Shown: positions 49,514 to 59,007 of the stretch, in pieces
How the letters are laid out: each line of letters starts with the position of its first letter
Position numbering within the stretch: the first letter of the stretch is position 1
Assembly: GCA_948473335.1 (NCBI GenBank)
Contig: CAOKXF010000004.1
Span: 70,530 to 134,529 of the forward strand
Length of the DNA: 64,000 nt
Direction of reading: 5' to 3'
Source: an uncultured Clostridium sp.
GTDB lineage: Bacteria > Bacillota > Clostridia > TANB77 > CAG-508
Made by a program: the position numbers and the translations under genes
The notes under the pieces: generated by a model
What the model was told of the DNA's origin: nothing
Database searches by the model: none
The model's input: the letters and a program-made list of their open reading frames with translations, nothing else

Positions 49514-50728
49514 ATGATAGTAAAAATGAATAATTTATTTTTAGAAGAAGCGGCGAATGAAGTAAATCCAAAATGGGAAAAAATGATATTAAGAAGAGAA
49601 CCATTATATCAAAAAAAATATGATGTGCGCTCACAATTTGAAAGAGATTATAATAGAGTGATATTTTCAACGGCATATAGAAGATTAAAACATAAGACAC
49701 AAGTATTTTATTCTCCAACAATTGACCATATTTCAACAAGGTTTGAGCATGTAAAATATGTAGAATCAGTTAGTTATACAATGGCAAAATATATGGGATT
49801 AAATACAGAACTAACAAAAGTAATAGCAAATGCCCATGATTTAGGGCATGGACCATTTGGACATAGAGGAGAAAAGATTTTATCAGAAATATTAATGAGA
49901 GATATAGGAAAAAGGTTTTGGCACGAGAGGAATGGACTTGAAATGGTTGAAAATATAGAATTATTAGAAGATAATGAAAACAACAAACAAAATTTGAATT
50001 TAACATATGCAGTAAGAGATGGAATAATTTCACATTGTGGAGAAATAGATGAGAAAACGTTAAAACCTAGAAAAGAGTACATAGATTTAGATGATTATAC
50101 TACTCCTAATAAGTATTCACCATATACTTGGGAGGGATGTGTTGTAAAGATATCTGATAAAATATCATATATAGGAAGAGATATAGAAGATGCAATTAAA
50201 CTCAAGATTATAGAAAAAGAAGAATTGAAAGAATTATATAAAATGCTAGATTATAATGAAGAACAAGACTTGAATAATACCATAATAATTAATACTTTAG
50301 TATATGATTTATGTGAAAATTCATCTCCAGAAAAAGGACTTTGCTTTTCAAAAGAAGGATTGAATTTATTAGATACTATAAAGAAATTCAATTACAAAAA
50401 GATATATAATTCAAAATTATTAAATCCTTCACAAAGATTTTTTGAAGTTGTTATACATGAAATATATAACATACTAAAATCTACATATGATGGAAAAAAT
50501 ACATTGAAAAATATAGAAGTTTTAGAAAAATATTATGGTACCCTTATGCCAAATTTTAAAGAATGGTTAAATGAATATATAGATAAGGAAGATAGAAAGG
50601 GATTAAAAAATAGAGTGTTATTTGATTTGAATAATCCAAGAGATTTTTATCAAGCGATTGTTTATTATATATCAGGAATGACTGATAATTTTGCAATAGA
50701 CATGTATAATGAGATAATTGAGTATTAA
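49514..50728 (+). CDS. dGTP triphosphohydrolase-like HD-domain phosphohydrolase
   Basis: FERDYNRVIFSTAYRRLKHKTQVF...HDLGHGPFGH HD motif. Confidence 0.85.
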   Translation: MIVKMNNLFLEEAANEVNPKWEKMILRREPLYQKKYDVRSQFERDYNRVIFSTAYRRLKHKTQVFYSPTIDHISTRFEHVKYVESVSYTMAKYMGLNTELTKVIANAHDLGHGPFGHRGEKILSEILMRDIGKRFWHERNGLEMVENIELLEDNENNKQNLNLTYAVRDGIISHCGEIDEKTLKPRKEYIDLDDYTTPNKYSPYTWEGCVVKISDKISYIGRDIEDAIKLKIIEKEELKELYKMLDYNEEQDLNNTIIINTLVYDLCENSSPEKGLCFSKEGLNLLDTIKKFNYKKIYNSKLLNPSQRFFEVVIHEIYNILKSTYDGKNTLKNIEVLEKYYGTLMPNFKEWLNEYIDKEDRKGLKNRVLFDLNNPRDFYQAIVYYISGMTDNFAIDMYNEIIEY

Positions 50729-51038
50729 AGTAAGTTAAATAAATGAAGAGAGAAAGTTTAAGGTATCTCATTAATAATAGCATTTGGAGCTCTAGCAGGA
50801 GAAGGGTTAGATTATATTATGGGAAGACGCCATGGAAGAAAGGGAAAATGCTGATGCATTTTGCCCTTTTAAGATTCTTGACAAACATTTTTTTTTAGAG
50901 TATATTCAATGTAGTAAAAAGTAAACGCATATATGAGAATATTATATTGTTTTTAAAGAAAGGAGACCATAGCAAAAGACGGATAAATGAAGATGACAGT
51001 TTTATACAAAGAAAAGATAGAAAGCTATGAAATGAAAG

Positions 51039-51656
51039 ATGCTAGCATATATAAAAGGAAAAATAGAAATAAAATCAGATGAATATATAGTAATAGATGT
51101 TGGAGGATTAGGATATAAAATATTCATGTCAGGAATATCAATACAAAATATAGGAGAGATAGGTGAGCAAGTAAAAGTTCATACATATTATAGAGTAAGA
51201 GAAGATGATATAAGTATATTTGGATTTATAACTCAAGAAGAACTAAAAATGTTTGAGTTATTATTAACAGTAAGTGGAGTGGGAGCAAAAGTAGCACTAG
51301 CAATATTGGCAAATATAAGTGTAACGGATTTTGCAATAGCGGTAATAAATGAAGATGTAACAAAAATAGTACAAGTTCCAGGAATTGGGAAAAAGTCAGC
51401 AGAAAGAATAATATTAGAGTTGAAAGATAAATTAAAGAAAATACAACAAGAAGATAAAATAACAGAAGGAGTATCAACTAATATAAAAATAGAAAAAGCG
51501 ATAGAACAAAATAATAATATACAAGAAGCTATATCAGCACTACAAGTACTTGGATATAACAAGAAAGAAATAGAAAAGGCATTAGAAAAAATAGGAAAAG
51601 AAAATATAACAACAGAAGATATAATAAGAAAGGGACTAGCCGTATTAGGACAATAA
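51039..51656 (+). CDS. ruvA: Holliday junction branch-migration protein RuvA
   Basis: MLAYIKGKIE... OB fold, HhH motifs (LLLTVSGVGAKVALAIL; VPGIGKKSAERIILEL). Confidence 0.9.
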   Translation: MLAYIKGKIEIKSDEYIVIDVGGLGYKIFMSGISIQNIGEIGEQVKVHTYYRVREDDISIFGFITQEELKMFELLLTVSGVGAKVALAILANISVTDFAIAVINEDVTKIVQVPGIGKKSAERIILELKDKLKKIQQEDKITEGVSTNIKIEKAIEQNNNIQEAISALQVLGYNKKEIEKALEKIGKENITTEDIIRKGLAVLGQ

Positions 51657-51669
51657 AAAATTTAAAGGG

Positions 51670-52923
51670 ATGAAAAGTATGAATAGTAAAGAGCCATTAG
51701 CATTTAGAATACGCCCCAAAACACTAGAAGAATATGTGGGGCAAGAGCATGTATTAGGAGAAGGAAAGCTATTATATAGAACAATAAAAGCAGATAGATT
51801 ATCAAGTCTGATACTATTTGGACCACCAGGTTGTGGAAAGACTTCTTTAGCTAAAGTAATTAGTGAAACAACAAAATATAAATTTTATAAAATAAATGCA
51901 GTAACATCGGGTGTTGGAGATATTAAGAGAGTAGTAGAAGAGACAAGAAATTACATGATGAATCCAGTTGGCAAAAGTGTATTATTTATAGATGAAATTC
52001 ATAGGTTTAATAAATTGCAGCAAGATGCACTATTACCATATGTAGAAAATGGAACAATAATATTAATTGGCGCAACAACAGAAAATCCATATTTTGAAGT
52101 AAACAAAGCTCTAATATCAAGATCAATGGTAATAAAATTAAATCCATTAACAGAGGAAGATGTGTTTAAAATACTAAAAAATGCTATAGTAAGAAAAGAT
52201 GGATTAGGAGAATACAATATAAATATAGAAGATACTACTCTAAGGAAATTAGCTAATATTGCAAATGGAGATGTTAGAACTGCATTAAATGGATTAGAAG
52301 TAGCAGTATTAACGACACAAATGGATAAAGATGGAAATATAAATATAACAGATGAAGTGATACAAAATAGTATACAACAAAGGAAGGCAATATTCGATAA
52401 GAATGGAGATACACATTATGACAATATAAGTGCATTTATAAAATCAATGAGAGGTTCTGACCCAGATGCAACACTATTCTATTTAGCTAGAGCAATAAAT
52501 GGGGGAGAAGATCCAGTATTTTTAGCAAGAAGAATAGTGATTACGGCATCAGAAGATGTAGGAATGGCAAATCCCAATGCGCTAGTGGTGGCAACATCTG
52601 CAATGCAAGCAGTACACATGATAGGAATGCCTGAAGCAAGAATTATATTAGCAGAAGCAGCAGTGTATGTTGCAACATCAAAAAAATCAAATGCTTCATA
52701 TTTAGGTATAAATAGGGCAATTGAAGATGTTACTAATAAAGAAACAGGAGAGATTCCAATGCATATAAGGAATGCACCAGTAGAAGGAATGGAATCACTG
52801 GGATATAGTAAGGGATATTTATATCCTCATGATTTTCCAGGTCATATTGTGGAACAACAATATTTACCAGATAAGATGCTGGGAACAAAATATTATATAA
52901 AGGATGAAAATATAGAGTTTTAG
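51670..52923 (+). CDS. rarA: Replication-associated recombination protein A (RarA/MgsA AAA+ ATPase). Not RuvB.
   Basis: GPPGCGKTSLA Walker A, the RarA-specific block IILIGATTENPYFEVNKALISRS and the MgsA C-terminal domain. 417 aa. Confidence 0.88.
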   Translation: MKSMNSKEPLAFRIRPKTLEEYVGQEHVLGEGKLLYRTIKADRLSSLILFGPPGCGKTSLAKVISETTKYKFYKINAVTSGVGDIKRVVEETRNYMMNPVGKSVLFIDEIHRFNKLQQDALLPYVENGTIILIGATTENPYFEVNKALISRSMVIKLNPLTEEDVFKILKNAIVRKDGLGEYNINIEDTTLRKLANIANGDVRTALNGLEVAVLTTQMDKDGNINITDEVIQNSIQQRKAIFDKNGDTHYDNISAFIKSMRGSDPDATLFYLARAINGGEDPVFLARRIVITASEDVGMANPNALVVATSAMQAVHMIGMPEARIILAEAAVYVATSKKSNASYLGINRAIEDVTNKETGEIPMHIRNAPVEGMESLGYSKGYLYPHDFPGHIVEQQYLPDKMLGTKYYIKDENIEF

Positions 52924-53006
52924 TATTATACTAAAACTTTTATTTTTACTTTTTTGTGTTATCAGAAAAGTTATAATATTAACTTTTATTTTGAGCTGTC
53001 CCTTTA

Positions 53007-53060
53007 TGTTTACTTTTTTTATTTTTGCTTGTTTACTAATAGGCTCAGATATGCGCCTAT
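53007..53060 (+). terminator. rarA terminator. GC-rich palindrome family copy: ~18-bp stem (one G.U) plus a T-tract.
   Basis: GCTTGTTTACTAATAGGCTCA-gata-TGCGCCTATTAGTGAACAAGC then tgtttttc. Confidence 0.6.
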
Positions 53061-53142
53061 TAGTGAACAAGCTGTTTTTCTTATATAATAAAAAATAAAA
53101 ACAAAATCATAATTAACAAAATATTGGAAATAATAAGATATT

Positions 53143-53487
53143 ATGTGGAAGAAAGTAATTATAGGAATAATGGCTGGATTCGTAAGTGGATTTTTTGCAA
53201 CAGGTGGTGGGATGATATTAGTACCAGCTTTTATACATTTATTAAAAATGGAAGATAAAAAGGCAAGAGCAACATCTGTATTATGCATATTACCAATGGT
53301 AGTAGTTAGTGGCATATTCTATTATAAAAATAATTATATAAATTGGAAAGTAGGAATCTTATGCGCAATTGGAGGAATATTAGGAGGATATATTGGAGCA
53401 AAGCTATTAAAAAGGTTAGATGAAAAATATTTCAAAATTGCATTTATATGTTTTTTACTTTATACGTCAATTAAATTTATATTTTAA
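53143..53487 (+). CDS. TauE/SafE (DUF81) family anion exporter, half-size protein (4 TM), first of a tandem pair.
   Basis: GGG..ILVPA...GG.LGG.IGAKLL motifs typical of one DUF81 repeat unit. Confidence 0.6.
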   Translation: MWKKVIIGIMAGFVSGFFATGGGMILVPAFIHLLKMEDKKARATSVLCILPMVVVSGIFYYKNNYINWKVGILCAIGGILGGYIGAKLLKRLDEKYFKIAFICFLLYTSIKFIF

Positions 53488-53522
53488 GAAGAAGTTTCAA
53501 AACTGTCAGAAAGGAAAATTAA

Positions 53523-53927
53523 ATGAAAGAAATTTTAATAGGTGCATTATCTGGAATAGTAAGTGGAACGGGAATGGGAGGAGGAACTGTTTTAATATTA
53601 TTGTTAACCATTATTTTAGGAGTTGAACAACATATAGCACAAGCAACTAATTTAATATTTTTTATTCCAACTTCAATAGTAGCAATAATTACTAATTGGA
53701 GACATAAATTGTTGGATTTTAAAGCGTCAATTATAATTATAATATGTGGTGTTATAGGAGCTATTATAGGAGCAATAATTTCAAGCAATACAAATGTAAA
53801 TGATTTAAGAAAATATTTTGGGATTTTTTTGGCAATTATAGCAGTTTTTGAAATTTATTCCTATTTTAGGAAGTATATATTTAAATCTGAAAGAGATACT
53901 ATAAAAAACAAGAATAAAATTTTCTAA
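53523..53927 (+). CDS. TauE/SafE (DUF81) family half-size protein (4 TM), second of the pair.
   Basis: GALSGIVSGTGMGGGTVLILLL...GVIGAIIGAIIS. Own RBS AAAGGAAAattaaatg. Confidence 0.6.
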   Translation: MKEILIGALSGIVSGTGMGGGTVLILLLTIILGVEQHIAQATNLIFFIPTSIVAIITNWRHKLLDFKASIIIIICGVIGAIIGAIISSNTNVNDLRKYFGIFLAIIAVFEIYSYFRKYIFKSERDTIKNKNKIF

Positions 53928-54095
53928 GTGCAAAGCCACATAAGAAAATCTAATTCTTCCATAATTATCTTCTAAGGAAATTCACCTTCTTTAATTCGTT
54001 ACGCATAAGTTATCTGTAACTTACTAACGTTTGTACAGCTAACTTAACTATCCTGATGACTTTCCTTAGAATAAAAGAAAAGAGAGGTGATTTAT

Positions 54096-54242
54096 ATGAA
54101 ATTTGCAAAAGGAATATTATGGGGAAGTTTAATTACAGCGGGAATATTAATGTTATGTGTAGAAAATGATATGATGAATATGAATACAAAGAAAATGACA
54201 AAAAAAGGTAAACAATTCGCAAGAAAAATGGGTCTTATATAA
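54096..54242 (+). CDS. Small membrane protein, 48 aa.
   Basis: RBS GAGAGGTGAtttatatg. MKFAKGILWGSLITAGILMLCV TM helix plus a Lys-rich tail. Confidence 0.4.
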   Translation: MKFAKGILWGSLITAGILMLCVENDMMNMNTKKMTKKGKQFARKMGLI

Positions 54243-54370
54243 AATAAAGAAATATGATGAAAAATGTCGAAATTAAATTGAAATTATGTAGAGTATATGA
54301 TAAAATATGCAATAAATGAGGCAATAGCCTTAAAAAAATTACTAAAATTGAATAAAAAGGAGAAGACAGT

Positions 54371-54913
54371 ATGAACAAGCAATTTGAAGTAGTTTTAGCA
54401 GTTTTAATAATTGCGTGCATTATTGCAATTGTAAGGAGACATCTCTCACGGCAAAAAATATATAGAAGAGATGTTGCTTTGGTAGCATTCAGAAGAGGAC
54501 ATTCTATTACTGAAAAAGACAGTAGAAATTCTAAAAAGAATGATATAGATGAGACTACCAATGTACACACGCATAAATCCAATATGATACAATTGAGATG
54601 GAAACTATCAACATACAACACCATAGCAATATTATACTATGAACCAACAACACCTTTAAATGACAATCTTCGTTCTTTTGATTCATTTGAGATTCGCATT
54701 AAAGCAACAAGAAAAATTGGAAGATACAAAATATTGAATTATAAAGATTTTGAAGATTCTAATAGATTTTTGCTTTACCATAGACAGATTAATAAGAAAA
54801 ATAGGATATTTAGTTTTTCAAGCGAATTTGAAGTGAAAAGAAGGGATGGAGTATGGTGTGGAATAACAGAACATTTATACAATAAAAAGATAAAAAAAAT
54901 GATTTGTTTTTGA
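54371..54913 (+). CDS. Hypothetical protein, 180 aa, with an N-terminal TM anchor.
   Basis: RBS AAAAGGAGAAgacagtatg. A strong terminator lies downstream. No recognisable domain. Confidence 0.5.
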   Translation: MNKQFEVVLAVLIIACIIAIVRRHLSRQKIYRRDVALVAFRRGHSITEKDSRNSKKNDIDETTNVHTHKSNMIQLRWKLSTYNTIAILYYEPTTPLNDNLRSFDSFEIRIKATRKIGRYKILNYKDFEDSNRFLLYHRQINKKNRIFSFSSEFEVKRRDGVWCGITEHLYNKKIKKMICF

Positions 54914-54936
54914 AAGTTATGCATGTAGAGTACAGG

Positions 54937-54970
54937 GAAATAGGCTTCTGCAAAGAAGCCTATTTCTTTG
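54937..54970 (+). terminator. Intrinsic terminator, 13-bp perfect stem.
   Basis: GAAATAGGCTTCT-gcaa-AGAAGCCTATTTC followed by ttt. Confidence 0.6.
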
Positions 54971-54984
54971 TACAAATTTAATAA

Positions 54985-55009
54985 AAGGAGACATTGAAAA
55001 CGTCTCCTT
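54985..55009 (-). terminator. Terminator hairpin for the minus-strand gene 55085..55549.
   Basis: AAGGAGAC-attgaaaac-GTCTCCTT. T-rich tail on the minus strand. Confidence 0.4.
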
Positions 55010-55084
55010 AAGTTACTAAATAAGCAAAATCAAAAAGAAAGTTTACTTATAAAAATAGCTTCTAAAAATATTATAATTTATTAA

Positions 55085-55549
55085 TTAGCACTCTTCTTCA
55101 TGTTCCTTTTCTTCGCAACAACAAGGTTTCTTATCTTCTTTACAAGGTTTCATATCAAAATCACATTTATCTAATTTTTCACCTTTTAAACATTTACCTT
55201 CATGGAAACATTTAGCACAAACTTTAACATGTTTAACATCATCAACCCAAATTTGAATAGCATATTCTTTTCCAGGGCATAAAGGTCCGAAAACGAATTC
55301 ACCATTTTTATCTGTGAAAGTATGAGAAACAGGTCTTCTTTCTTCTTTACCAAATCTACAGTCAACTTCTATTAATTTAACAACAGCATCACTAACTGGT
55401 TCTTTAAAGCAATTTCTTATAACACCATAAATAACATCACGATGATCTTCTGGTAAACTAATATCTAAATCAAATTGTTTACCCTTCTCAATAACGCCAT
55501 CAACCTCAACAACAGGGCATGGTTTTTGTTTTTCAAAATCTAAATCCAT
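55085..55549 (-). CDS. Hypothetical protein with a carboxypeptidase-regulatory-like beta-sandwich motif and a Cys-rich acidic C-terminal tail.
   Basis: TDKNGEFVFGPLCPGKEYAIQIWVDD motif. C-terminus CAKCFHEGKCLKGEKLDKCDFDMKPCKEDKKPCCCEEKEHEEEC. Start chosen at MDLDFEK (RBS GAAAGGA); the tool ORF opens at 55720. Confidence 0.55.
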   Translation of the reverse strand: MDLDFEKQKPCPVVEVDGVIEKGKQFDLDISLPEDHRDVIYGVIRNCFKEPVSDAVVKLIEVDCRFGKEERRPVSHTFTDKNGEFVFGPLCPGKEYAIQIWVDDVKHVKVCAKCFHEGKCLKGEKLDKCDFDMKPCKEDKKPCCCEEKEHEEEC

Positions 55550-55727
55550 ATAAAATCTATCCTTTCTAAATTCTGCAATGAACATTGCTAATAATATAAT
55601 ATGTCGAAAAAATAAAAAAGTTGAAAGAAAACAGAAAAATAAATAAAAAACTGCGTACGCCACTTGACATAGAAGAATTTTATGAATATAATACGAATAA
55701 CTGAAAAAACAGGAGGACAATAAAATA

Positions 55728-56360
55728 ATGAACGAAGAAATGTTTTCTAATTATCAACAAATGTCAGACGAAAAATTAATAGAAAATATAGAAGCAAATG
55801 ATCAAAATGCTTTAAATTGTCTAATAAAGAGATATAATGAAATAGTATATATGAAGGCCAATAAATTCTTTATGGTAGGAGCAGAAAAAGAAGACATGAT
55901 TCAAGAAGGAATGATAGGTCTATATAAAGCAGTGAAATCTTATAATTTGGACAAGCAAAATTCATTTAAAACATTTGCCAATATGTGTATAGAAAGACAG
56001 CTAATAACAGCAGTAAAAAATTCAAATAGACAAAAGCATATACCACTAAATTCGTCAGTTTCATTAAACGCATCAGCTTATGAAGAGGATGATAATAGTG
56101 TATCTATAATGGAAATATTAGAAACGAAGTCAGTTGAAGATCCATCAGACATAATAGCAAATAAGGAATATTATAAATATATAGAAACAAAAATAAATGA
56201 GAGTTTAAGTGATTTTGAAAAGCAAGTGTTAGAACAATACAAAAAAGGACAATCATATGTTGATATTGCTACAAAGCTGAACAGCAAAGTAAAATCAGTA
56301 GATACAGCGATACAAAGAATAAGAAAGAAAGCTATAAAAATAAAAAGTGAATTAGGATAA
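55728..56360 (+). CDS. sigH: RNA polymerase sporulation sigma factor SigH
   Basis: Region 2 DMIQEGMIGLYKAVKSYNLDKQNSFKTFANMCIERQLITAVK and QKHIPLNSSVSL, characteristic of SigH. Region 4 HTH near the C-terminus. Confidence 0.85.
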   Translation: MNEEMFSNYQQMSDEKLIENIEANDQNALNCLIKRYNEIVYMKANKFFMVGAEKEDMIQEGMIGLYKAVKSYNLDKQNSFKTFANMCIERQLITAVKNSNRQKHIPLNSSVSLNASAYEEDDNSVSIMEILETKSVEDPSDIIANKEYYKYIETKINESLSDFEKQVLEQYKKGQSYVDIATKLNSKVKSVDTAIQRIRKKAIKIKSELG

Positions 56361-56378
56361 TAAAGAAGGAAAGCTATA

Positions 56379-57050
56379 ATGGAAGAATTAGAAAAAGAGA
56401 TTGGATATAGATTTAAAAACCAAGAACTGCTAAAAACAGCACTAACTCATACATCATATGCATATGAAAAAAGCATTCAAAGTAATGAAAAACTTGAATA
56501 TTTGGGAGACAGCATATTGGAATTTGTATCAAGTGAGTATTTATACAAAAATTACCCTAAATTGAAAGAAGGAGAAATGACTAAAGTAAGAGCAACAGTA
56601 GTTTGTGAAACTAGTTTATATAAAATAGCACAAAAGCATAATTTTGGAGAAAAATTATATTTGGGTAAATCAGAAATAGCAAGCGGTGGAAGAAGTAGAA
56701 CAGCAATATTAGCAGATAGTGTAGAAGCAGTGATAGCTGCAATATACTTAGATGGAGGAATGGAAGAAGCAAAAAAGTTTATAATAGAAAATTTAAAAGA
56801 AGAAATAAAAATAGCATCTAAAAATGTAGGACAAAAGGACTATAAGACTGTATTACAGGAAAAGTTGCAAATAAAAGGGGAAGTAGTAATAGACTATGTA
56901 ATAGTAGGAGAAAAGGGACCAGACCATGATAAAGAATTTGAAGCAGAGGTAAGATGCAATTCAAAGTCATTAGCAAGGGGAAAAGGAAGAACAAAAAAAC
57001 AAGCAGAAATGCAAGCTGCGAAACAAGCACTAGATAATATGAAGAGGTGA
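56379..57050 (+). CDS. rnc: Ribonuclease III
   Basis: RNase III signature (NEKLEYLGDSILEFVSSEYLY) and a C-terminal dsRBD. Confidence 0.92.
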   Translation: MEELEKEIGYRFKNQELLKTALTHTSYAYEKSIQSNEKLEYLGDSILEFVSSEYLYKNYPKLKEGEMTKVRATVVCETSLYKIAQKHNFGEKLYLGKSEIASGGRSRTAILADSVEAVIAAIYLDGGMEEAKKFIIENLKEEIKIASKNVGQKDYKTVLQEKLQIKGEVVIDYVIVGEKGPDHDKEFEAEVRCNSKSLARGKGRTKKQAEMQAAKQALDNMKR

Positions 57051-58123
57051 AGAAGTTGAAAAAGCAATATATAATTCCAATATTTGTACCACATTTAGGA
57101 TGCCCAAATGATTGTATATTTTGTAATCAAAAATCTATAAGTGGTCAAACTAAAATGATAACCAAAGAAGAAATAAAAAAGACAGTAGATTTTTATTTGG
57201 AAAAAATAAAAGATAAAGAATCTAATATAGAAATAGCATTCTTTGGAGGAAGTTTTACAGGAATAGAAGTAGAAAAACAAGAAGAATTTTTACAAACAGC
57301 AAATGAATATATAAAAGAAGGAAAAGTTGATAGCATAAGAATATCTACTAGACCAGATTACATAGATAAAGAAATATTGAAAAGGCTAAAGAAATATAAA
57401 GTAAAAACAATAGAATTAGGTGTACAATCAGCAAATGATTATATCCTTAAAAGAAGTGGAAGAGGACATACATTTGAAGATGTAAAAAAAGCATCAAAAA
57501 TGATAAGATGGAATGGGTTTAATCTTGGACACCAAATGATGGTTGGACTTCCAGAAAGTACAAAAATAGATGAAATAAATACAGCAAAGCAATTAATAAA
57601 ATTAAAACCTAAAATGGTAAGAATATATCCAGTATTAGTGATAAAAAATACTAAATTAGAACAGGAATATAATGAAAAAAGATATGAACCATTATCTACA
57701 GTTAGAGCAGTTGACATATGTAAAGAGTTATATACAATATTTAGCAAAAAGGGTATAGATGTAATAAGAATAGGACTTCAAAATACAGATGAAATATCTG
57801 ATCCAAAAGAAGAAAAAAGTCAAGTGGTATCAGGGCCATATCACCCAGCATTTAGACAATTGGTGGAATCAGGTTTATGGTACGATTCTATTGTAAACAA
57901 AATTAAAAAGCTCAATGTTAAGGTTAAAGAAGTAGAAGTAACAATTAATTCAATAGATGTAAATAATGTTGTTGGTCACAAACGTGAAAATATAACTAAA
58001 TTAAAAGAATTATATGATGTAGACTTGATTGTAAAGCAAGATAACAGCATAAAACAAGGAAAATCACAAATTAAGATTACAAAAATTTATACAGATTTTG
58101 CAGAGACTGAAAAACAAGGATAA
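57047..58123 (+). CDS. Radical SAM protein (ELP3/YhcC-like family).
   Basis: CxxxCxxC cluster (GCPNDCIFC) near the N-terminus. Start overlaps the rnc stop (GTGA); an alternative TTG lies at 57056. Confidence 0.75.
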   Translation: MKKLKKQYIIPIFVPHLGCPNDCIFCNQKSISGQTKMITKEEIKKTVDFYLEKIKDKESNIEIAFFGGSFTGIEVEKQEEFLQTANEYIKEGKVDSIRISTRPDYIDKEILKRLKKYKVKTIELGVQSANDYILKRSGRGHTFEDVKKASKMIRWNGFNLGHQMMVGLPESTKIDEINTAKQLIKLKPKMVRIYPVLVIKNTKLEQEYNEKRYEPLSTVRAVDICKELYTIFSKKGIDVIRIGLQNTDEISDPKEEKSQVVSGPYHPAFRQLVESGLWYDSIVNKIKKLNVKVKEVEVTINSIDVNNVVGHKRENITKLKELYDVDLIVKQDNSIKQGKSQIKITKIYTDFAETEKQG

Positions 58124-58263
58124 TTATGGAAAAACCTTGATTATGGTTTTTTAAGTAGTAAAGATGTATGTTTTTGCACAAACAAAGTAAACTGAATATT
58201 ATTATATAGAAAAATGCTTGAGGATAAAACTTCAAGCTTTAAAATATATGTAAAGGAGAAAAA

Positions 58264-58548
58264 ATGGAGAAGATTTTTACAGTTCGAAATATAGTTATAT
58301 ATTTGTTAATAATAAATTTAATAGGATTTTTAGCAATGTATTTGGATAAAAGAAAAGCTAAAAAAGGAAAATGGAGAACACAGGAAAAAACTCTTTTTGG
58401 AATATGCATATTAGGTGGTGGCATTGGAACTATAGCAGGAATGTACAGTTTTAGACATAAGACTCAGAAATTAGCTTTTACTTTAGGAATGCCAGCTATT
58501 TTAATATTAGAGATTGCTATATTTTTATATTTTAGATTTATAATATAG
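58264..58548 (+). CDS. DUF1294-family small membrane protein.
   Basis: RBS AAAGGAGAaaaaatg. LDKRKAKKGKWRTQEKTLFGICILGGGIGTIAGMYSFRHKTQKLAF matches the DUF1294 pattern. Confidence 0.6.
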   Translation: MEKIFTVRNIVIYLLIINLIGFLAMYLDKRKAKKGKWRTQEKTLFGICILGGGIGTIAGMYSFRHKTQKLAFTLGMPAILILEIAIFLYFRFII

Positions 58549-58610
58549 GATTGATTTTTATGTAGATTTGATATATAATATAATCATCAAACCCAAGGAG
58601 GTATCGCATT

Positions 58611-58835
58611 ATGGCTAATGCAACTGAAGGTTCTAACTTTGTAGGTATTCATTATCCGACAGAGGATAATCCGAAGTGCTTTAAATATCCTTCTCCTGAT
58701 ATCTGCTCTTTAATCGCGAGTGGAGAGGCATCAGCAAAATTCGGATGTCCAGATTATGCGAGGGTAGGAGTGCCTTACTGTGGATGTCAGCATGGATTGG
58801 ATTCATATGATTGTGAATTTGCTGTCAAAAGATAG
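58611..58835 (+). CDS. Orphan small Cys-containing protein, 74 aa, with atypically high GC.
   Basis: RBS AAGGAGGtatcgcattatg. 6 Cys. Codon usage (CCG, GCG, TGC, CGA) unlike neighbours. Followed immediately by a perfect 18-bp terminator. Confidence 0.5.
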   Translation: MANATEGSNFVGIHYPTEDNPKCFKYPSPDICSLIASGEASAKFGCPDYARVGVPYCGCQHGLDSYDCEFAVKR

Positions 58836-58842
58836 CCTTAGG

Positions 58843-58890
58843 GAGACCATCTATTTACTAGTTTCATTTAGTAAATAGATGGTCTCTTTT
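58843..58890 (+). terminator. Strong intrinsic terminator, 18-bp perfect stem.
   Basis: GAGACCATCTATTTACTA-gtttcatt-TAGTAAATAGATGGTCTC followed by TTTT. Confidence 0.8.
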
Positions 58891-59007
58891 GTATAAAAAA
58901 TGCGTATTTACATGCGTTTCATAAAGACTGGCAACAAAAAAAGAGGTACACATAAACTAAAGAAATAAAAAATATAAAAATGTAAACCATAATTATCAAC
59001 AATAGGT

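Noticed and set aside
50757-50853. Short frame encoding GISLIIAFGALAGEGLDYIMGRRHGRKGKC after the dGTPase gene.
   Set aside because: No start codon or RBS, and only ~31 codons. It is possibly a gene remnant, and it overlaps the dGTPase terminator region. There is not enough evidence to call a feature.
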